DNA of 53,306 nt, the filler included, from Catajapyx aquilonaris (lineage: Eukaryota), in NCBI GenBank assembly GCA_000934665.2. It is 3 parts of 3 records of this genome, joined end to end, with 100 filler letters (N's around TTAATTAATTAA, not from the genome) between each part and the next. Parts side by side here need not be neighbours in the genome. Positions count along the whole stretch, not along the records: positions 35,626 to 53,306 come from JYFJ02006886.1; 2 more parts are not named here. One strand, 5' to 3'. Made by a program: the position numbers and the translations under genes. A model generated the notes under the pieces. The model worked only from the letters and a program-made list of their open reading frames with translations. It searched no databases and had not been told where the DNA came from. Below, in pieces: positions 45,501 to 53,306 of the stretch. How positions within the stretch are numbered: position 1 is the stretch's first letter; each line of letters begins with the position of its first letter.

Positions 45501-46315
45501 AAGTGGTATAATGATAACGCACTGTGGTACCTACTTAGGTAATGAAGCTGTGGATATTATAATATGCTAGGGATTTTTTTAATGGGAAAAAACTCTCAAA
45601 AGTTCCAATTTCAGGCAAGGAAAAAAATGTTGCATCTGTATTTTGATCTGACATGAGTGGGCATTACTGGAAAGTCAGTAGGAAGCTTATAAAATAAGTT
45701 ATCTACAAAGACTCGACAGCATTTAGAACTAGAGTACCGTATTGTACAAAGTTAATTGTAGGCAAGAAACTGAAAGGATGCCTACTCGTTTGGGATCTTG
45801 CCTTAATTTAGGTCCAGGTACTGTACTCCTTAGGCCCTGCAATTAGGCCGTATTATTGTAATTTGAAGTAGTTTTAGCTTTAAAGGTGCAGCCTACATTA
45901 GTTGGCTGTATAGATCGTAGATGAATAAAAAGTAATAAATAAATTTCATGCCGTCCCGATGTGTCATTCTTTACAAGGTTACGGTCACAGCAAATTCTGT
46001 TGAAAATGATCACCGTGCTCCGCCAAGCACATTATTTTAAATGTGGAGCTGCTGCTGCATGTTCTCATTGTGTGTCTCACTTATGCAATACTGCATTATC
46101 GTGGATTTAGCTTGGACATAAATGAATTTTTCTGGCATTTCGTCTGTCAAATAATACTGTACGATTCGGTCTCGCAGCAAGGCTGCAGCCGAACACAATG
46201 CTCTACGCCGCGCCGTGTATATGGATATTGTAAAAATGGGGCATATTCTAAAAAAATAAATGCCACCACAGCACGAAAAGAATATACCAAAACTTTTTCT
46301 ACTTGAGAAATAGCT

Positions 46316-46390
46316 TTGTCCGATCCGGGGATCGAACTCGAGACCTGAGGTGTAAGGCTGTGAAATATCCACTATACACCACTGCCTCAC
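46316..46390 (-). mobile_element. tRNA-derived SINE head or tRNA pseudogene (Val-TAC-like loop)
   Basis: GTGGTGTATAGTGG A box, CTTACAC loop, GAGTTCGATCC B box; stems degenerate. Confidence 0.55.
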
Positions 46391-48135
46391 AATACTGTAA
46401 TATCACAAGTTCACAACCGATCCATGTATAATACATGTACGCTACTTGTACTACATTGTATTATACGTAATACGCAATGAAGATCACTTTTATGCTCAGA
46501 CTGTTAACATCTCTATAAATTGCCTTTAAAGAAGATGAAAATATTCGAAATATATTATAAGTACTGTAGATTAACCACCGAAATAGTTTCAAGCCAGCAC
46601 ACTCCAAAAATAGCAAATGTAATCTATATTGGGACATAAAGTTGAGTTTGCCTGGGATTACTTGGAAATGTTTCATATTAATTCACCGGTTCGTATAGTC
46701 CAATAATTAACTGCGAGTGAAAGGTTATCCAACTTCAAGCGGGTCAACATCTGAAAATTCGATGTAAGCTACTCGCAGAAGTTGAGAGAAGTGAATCCGG
46801 AGAGGTGAATCCAAGGGTATACTTTTTCTGTAAATATTTCCTCCTAGATCTCAGTTTCAAACCCCCCAAGTAATTAACCAGCAAAGTTTATCATCGATGA
46901 TGTACGTAAACAGTAGGGCTGGTATAAGACAGTGTCAAATGATATTATTTTATAAGTAGGTTCAAACTCCACTGTGTCGACCTGAAACATATTTGGGCGA
47001 TGGAAGTGTCATAGGCTGTGTTCGCCACATAGGAAATGGTGTATAATATTCACTCTTTGATTAATGATAGTTATCAGGGTGTGAAGGTGACACTTCAACT
47101 TATATTATCCTCTGTGCCCAGGAGTTCACCCTATATTGTTGGTATCATTACTAAACACCTTGCACACGTCATGTCATGTCCCTCCCTCTGAATCCCATCA
47201 TCTCCCCTGCTGCCCCTGGGATCTGCTCTCCAATTGTCATCCTAATCCTGGCCGCAATTCCGATCCATCCAGCCTTTTGAAAGCCTGGAGAGGATGCGTA
47301 TATCGGCCGGTTCTCATCTATCCGAAACTCTGCGATTTAAATTTTGATTAACCAATTCCAGGTTGAGTTGTGCAATTTACCAGAAAAGCTTTCATCTTCG
47401 TGATCTGGCATGACCTGATACGATCTCAGTCCAACTACTGTTGTATAATACTATTTGGTTAGAAACTTTTGAGGGCAACCATGTCCCGGTTTTAGTACCT
47501 CTAATGATGGCTATTTAGGGCTTGTATTATGTTGCTAACTCAAATGATGCAATAAACAGTTCAGTACTCCACTCGTATATTTTCATTTGCATTCCGGAAA
47601 ACCTCAGCGTCCGCTTGTACTGCCTACTTTTCAGTTTGGTGCACTGCGAATTTCACAAAAGCCAAGAATTCCTCATACTGATGACAAATAACTCGGAACT
47701 CTTCTGACCAATGTATTGTTGTTAGTTGTGTATTCATTGTAACATGGTGTTATTTGACATGAAAGTTATGATAGACTATTTCGATCCTACAGTGCTCTGT
47801 GTAGAGAATGATTTAGCACTCATTTACCAGAAACTAAGTGGCTCACTATCACACGCACGTCATTATTTTAATTATGAAAATATTTGTTTTCAATTAGCAA
47901 GATTAATTATTGTGCAATAATAGAATAAATATTGCTGATCTTGTATTTCAAGTGCAAACAGGAATTTCAACATTACAACTGTTTATGGGCACAATAAAAA
48001 CGGCTATCAGCACTGCATGTTAGTGACGCAAATAAAATATCAATAGGTGTCACCGAGTCCAAAACGAGAATAGTTTTTGGTGGGTCTCACCGATAACCGT
48101 AACTCTCCCATAAAGGTTTTATCATTTTTGTATTA

Positions 48136-48304
48136 AGGCCCATTCACACAGGCCGTCGACGGTTTTGGTTTTTGGTCTCGTCGACGCCGCGGACCAATCA
48201 GAACAGGCCCTCACGTAAACAACGCGTCATGGTTACCGTGAGGGCCCGCTCTGATTGGTCCAAAACCAAGACCAAAACCGTCGACGGCCTGTGTGAATGG
48301 GCCT
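48136..48304. mobile_element. PIF/Harbinger (Tourist-like) MITE, 90 bp into the intron after the C2A exon
   Basis: aggcccattcacacaggccgtcgacggttttggt TIRs; TTA TSD. Confidence 0.88.
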
Positions 48305-48393
48305 TTATGAATATTTGGTTTTAGTATTAAATATGAAGAACCAATCGCCGCTAGACAATATTTACATACAGTAATATTCAAATAAACACTTAC

Positions 48394-48460
48394 CATTTGG
48401 ATCCTTAGCCTCCAATCCATCAGCTTCGAGCACCACCACATTCAGAACAACTATCGGTGC
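48394..48460 (-). CDS. BAIAP3: BAIAP3/Munc13-4 exon, start of C2A domain (APIVVLNVVVLEADGLEAKDPNG)
   Basis: ttcacag acceptor, gtaagt donor; in frame with exon 51287-51454; C2 motif EA.GL.AKD.NG. Confidence 0.87.
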
Positions 48461-49669
48461 CTGTGAATACAAAAGAATCGAACCGGTGTATATAATGTAA
48501 ATGTATAATTATGGAAGATAATGTGCTCGGAAATATTTTTCTCTTCAATATTGTTTATGATTAGCTAAGAGATTGATCTTCATCTCAATTAGGGATGAAC
48601 TTTTGTTTTCAACTAACGGAATTTGTATTTGTCAGAGATGAATCTCAAATTACTATATGGTTCGCAACGGTTCGTAATAGCTAGGAGTCTAATGGGAATT
48701 CAAACTTTTGAAGGATAAAAGGATAAACAGGACAAATGGGATTTATGGGATATAAATACGCCCGTGCACTGCTTCTGACCTAAAAGCACTTACAATGTCG
48801 GTTGCATAAGCTCGTATATTTTAATCTACAAGTGGTTGACCTTGTGCATTTTGAATGTTGTTACCAATAATTAAAATCAAGAACCATAAACTTATTTTTG
48901 ATTTACAGTCAGCTTACATCATACAACCCGCCCTTTAAAAATATGCACTACTCAAACTACTCCTTTGTAAATTTTTCATATATTTAACAAACTTGGTTTA
49001 ACAAACTCTAGTCAGTGTCAAAGCACCGTAATGAACAGATATGGACACTAAAGTATTTTTTCAATGTCATTGATGGCTATGATGTTTAACAAACTTGATG
49101 CCCTTGTATCGTGATGCTCCGACATGGGGAATCCATCAACACAGCATGAGAAACCGGAAATCAAATAACTCGAAGTGAAAGCCCAAAAATTGTAAATGGC
49201 AGGCCACTGGGCGTGTCGCGGGTAAATAATATGGAACAAATAGAGGCTATAGCTGAAGAAGTGACCAGCAACAGCACAAGTTTGCAAGTGATGGGTTGTC
49301 AAAATTGTTATAGGAAAAAAATATAACAACAATAATTTCCATCTCTTTGCTCATCCATTCCCGCAGGAGACAAAGGTTGCCCTCCGTGTGCAGGCGTTCC
49401 TAATAATAATATTATTATGACAAACATTAATTTACTACTAATCAAGCTTCAAGCAAAAATATTATTCCTGGGTCGACCTCTGTAAATGAAGTCACCTGTT
49501 GCTTATAAGGGTGTAATAATGCATTGCCGCATTGGATTAAAGGTGATTATGTGACCTGTGCAACTGTCTCAGATGATCAGTTAAGCTAAGTACAATACAT
49601 ATTTGAACACATATTACAGTCCATAAAATGCCTGAACAATACAGCCCTGTACCACTGTATTTTCCACCG

Positions 49670-49886
49670 AGGGGGACTGGTCTAACGGTTCATTCTGTCA
49701 CCCGGGATGTTCGAGGTTTTATACCCCGTGCGGACCTTCCTGACTGGGGGTTTTCTGTGTTTTTCTTTCGGAATGGCCACTGCCGATTCGTTTCACCTAG
49801 CTATTCTATTCCTCTCCCGTTATTCTGTGCCGTACAATTGTTCTGCCATCGTTGACCAGTCAATAAGTCGGGATCGACAATAAAAA
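49670..49886 (+). mobile_element. Degenerate tRNA-derived SINE
   Basis: tggtctaacgg A-box-like motif, decayed B box, aataaaaa end. Confidence 0.45.
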
Positions 49887-51286
49887 GGTTTCTTGGCGGC
49901 GCCAGGACCCCTGATATTCCTTGCAGCCAACCGACACTATACTTTTCTTCTCTCCATTCACTGCCGCTATTCATTGCATGTCTTCAGTTGGGTCCTACAT
50001 GTTTGTTCCCTTTTTGGAAAGTGATAGCCGACAGAGACGACTAGATAGCTATCAGATATTCATGGCAGTGGGAGAGTACGCACTTGACTTGAATATTACG
50101 AAATGCTTTTGGATAACCATTTCAGCTACCACCCTTGGTCGTCGAGTAATCTAACCAGCAATATAGGTCCTAACATTCACGTGGCTGATGACACGAAAAT
50201 TCACAATCGATTAGACTATATCCCTAATAAATGGTGCTAAAATTATCTAAACATTGGAACAATAAGTTACAAGGTCGTCTTAGAAATTCTAAAATACTGA
50301 AGCTGTAAGTCCAAAGAGATGCGCCTCTATATCTCCTGACATCCAGATTTAGAGATTGGGCCTCTGTTCTGTTCCATATTACTACTCGTTTTATAATAAT
50401 TAAGTGTCGAGGAATTAATGGTGCCAGTACCATGGTGTTTACCCGGAACACGTCATTTCACAATATAATTATTCACTCAATTTCCGTATGTGACAGGCAC
50501 TTTATGAACATAACTGGCAAAATGATATCACGATCACAATATGCTAATAATACACAGTGTTCAGTAATTCTCGCATAATGGGCAATTAGAATTAAGCCAA
50601 GATCAAAATGTTTGACGTTTTATTACGATGGGAGGCGTAATTGGATCGTGAGATGCCATTTAAGTTTCAATGACATCAACAGGTTTGTGGCAAAAAAAAA
50701 CACATGGATCCTTCCGATTTGATGACGCATAAAGGTTATGATAATATCATATATTGTATAATACAGTGCAGCAAATATTGGAACATTCGAAACACTGTCA
50801 GTCATGGAAACATACAAAGACTAGAATTTTCTACGCGTTGCTTTTACGCATAAGTCCGCCTAGGAAGAGAAATTCCAGTTTATTTACTAATGGGATTTTC
50901 TGGACCAATTCGTGTATGTCCATTTTATTCCTACATATTTTGGCGTAAAAGTTATTAAATTTAGGAAATAAAATATATACATAACTACGCCACTGTAGGG
51001 CGCTCAAGTAGACGCTAGCATATCAAAGTAGATTTGTCGTGTTTTGGCCTTAGGGGATTTATTTGCGACCCCGAGACACTTCGCAATATAACTGTTATAC
51101 TGTTATACTGCACTAACTATTCAATTATTACCTTGCTATAATTTGAGGTAATTAATAACGTACACTGCAATACGAGCTGATGATAAAATTCTGTGAATAT
51201 TTTTAATCAGCAAAATAATTATGATTCACAGAAATACCAAGCACCTTATTGCTATGAGCGTGCATAAAGACTGTACGAACACTTAC

Positions 51287-51454
51287 CTTTTCTTCCGAAA
51301 CAATGTTCAGCATACGATGGTGTTGCTCTATTTGCACTCCAAAAGATTCCTGAGCATAATGATACAGATCCTCCTTATAGTGGGCATAACGTCCGGGTGT
51401 AGCTCCTATCTTGTGCGCAATAGTGTAGAGGACTTCTAAATACAGCTGTTCTCT
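51287..51454 (-). CDS. BAIAP3: BAI1-associated protein 3 / Munc13-4 (unc-13-4, staccato-like) exon (REQLYLEVLYTIAHKIGA...VSEEK)
   Basis: ttacag acceptor, gtaagt donor; 168 nt; LY.E.LYTI.HK.G motif that precedes C2A in this family. Confidence 0.85.
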
Positions 51455-53306
51455 CTGTAACAATAATAGCATAATAGGGTTGAGCCCATTCGTATTTCAT
51501 CGTAGGAACTAAAACTGTAATCAGAATCAATTTAGCATGACATACAACTGGCCTATTGTCTAAAATATACCGTGACTATAGGCAGGACCAAGGGCAGGAC
51601 ATTTCTTTTCGTGTCGTATTCGAGATGACACGTTANCCCCCCTCCACATCAAAATCCTGGATAAACGCCTGGATGGAATTGAAGAAAAAAACACCCTGGA
51701 TAAGTTTGCTCAATCTTCTATCCTTTGCCAAGATAGATACCGTATATACTGTAATATTATCAGCAACAAAAGTGTAAGTACCGGGGGAAATGTTTTCGGC
51801 TGATTCTCTCATCTACTCACGTGTCAATATAATTACCGTGCATTATCCAGAGTATGGATCATTTCCTAATTATTGATATAGGAGCTGCTCCAAAAGCTGG
51901 TAATGCATCATTACAATAAATGTGATCTGATGTGATATAGTGAGTATTGATAATACTCATTAGTCATTACGATGGGTAATTCTCTTTTTACGCCGGATAA
52001 ACCATGTTCTCGTAACTCATGAGAAACTGACGCATGAAAAAATGCATGCATTAAAAATATCTATATTTTATACAAGATACGCAGCATGAGCGATTTGTAT
52101 AGATCCTTTTCACATTGAACCTTCCGACTTCCGTCTTGCACGATGAATTTCCTTTCTTAGTACTTCCTTTGTCATTTTGTCATTCAAACTGAAGACCTTT
52201 TCAAATCACGTCCCTCTTGAAACCTCACCGAATTCCTAGCTGTGTCCTATAAGATTCATCCCAAAGCATTTGTATTTTTTTCCACTGGGAAGTGTACAGT
52301 GAGCTTCTAAATTGCCCCCAAAATATCTAAATAAGCCGATTTAACCAGAGCTAGTGCCAGTAACCCTTTTCTTTCATTACTTGCGGACAAGTCTTATGGG
52401 ACAGTGACTTCCAAGTGTCACTGCGACATATAAATGGCTGCGGTGGAGACCTGGTTGAGACTTTTCTGATTCAGAATTTCTTTTTGTTGGGATCTCTTCT
52501 TTGTCAAACAAGTGGAGGAAATGCATTGAGTTGCGAAGAAATTATGTCGAGAAGCAACAGCATCAGCAACATTATAAAATAAATCCCTTCATATTCAGTT
52601 AAGCATATTATACAACTCCCCTCATAAGTTTCCTGCAAATATTGGTTCCAGTTTTTAAAATCAATGTATAAATATAATAGGGGGTCTTAATGTGTATACC
52701 AAGATGTGCAAGTACAGTACATTGTTGAATCATTTGTATGCCATTCATAGAATGGTCATTAAATGCTGCATTTGCTTCAGTTAGGGCTCGGGGGTCCTAT
52801 TGAAGTTAGTTAAATACTCTCCATGATATTGGCTGAGAGGCTACATTATGGTGTTCGGCGCCAATTAAGTGGTCCTTCTTGAGGACTGGAGTTAGAGGGA
52901 ATATCCTGCAGGGAATATCATCAATCAGGAAATGACACTAGAGGTATGGTCTATGATGTGAAATATAGGATACTAGTTACATCAGAAATGCTACTGTAAC
53001 AGTTTCTAAATTTAATATTGCCGCCGCACACCGCAATTAACCTTCAATTCCAAAAGTTATATAAAGTATTTTGACCTTAGAATAGGGAACTTAGGGATTA
53101 CCTTACGCATTTAGGTAATCCAGACGTTACTGACCAGATGTGATCAAGAATCTACGCCGATCCTTTGCAACTTACAGTAAGTTACAGGTAGGAAAATTAG
53201 CATCAGAGTAAACGGGACAGGGGGGGGGGGATACCCCAGATGTTCCCGGAACAGATTTTCCTTCCAACGCGACTAACGGATATTCTACCCGATCTAGAGC
53301 TATATA

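Noticed and set aside
46316..46390. Functional tRNA-Val gene
   Set aside because: Acceptor and anticodon stems do not pair well; more likely a SINE head or pseudogene.
1..53306. CRISPR arrays, operons or other prokaryotic systems
   Set aside because: Spliceosomal introns and eukaryotic transposons throughout; no repeat-spacer array seen.

Overview
Eukaryotic, probably insect, genomic DNA. The window is three separate contigs (1-17730, 17831-35525, 35626-53306) joined by artificial 100-bp N44-TTAATTAATTAA-N44 spacers, so linkage across the spacers cannot be assumed. Contig 2 holds 11 frame-consistent internal minus-strand exons of CLASP (Orbit/Mast/chb). One intron is GC-AG, and the introns are full of MITEs, SINEs, a deleted mariner and a pogo/Tigger relic. 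Contig 3 holds two minus-strand exons of a BAIAP3/Munc13-4 (unc-13-4) family gene plus SINEs and MITEs. Contig 1 has no recognisable host gene. It is bracketed by two ~600-bp inverted arms (299-2234 and 16501-17490), each later interrupted by its own insertions. Between them lie ~8 kb of decayed, apparently intronless, head-to-tail minus-strand coding relics I cannot assign (one has a Walker-A-like motif) and a degenerate Transib (RAG1-related) transposase fragment. This candidate giant inverted-repeat-bounded, possibly virus-derived element is the most interesting object. Its identity is inference and needs database searches. All family assignments are from recalled motifs, not searches.
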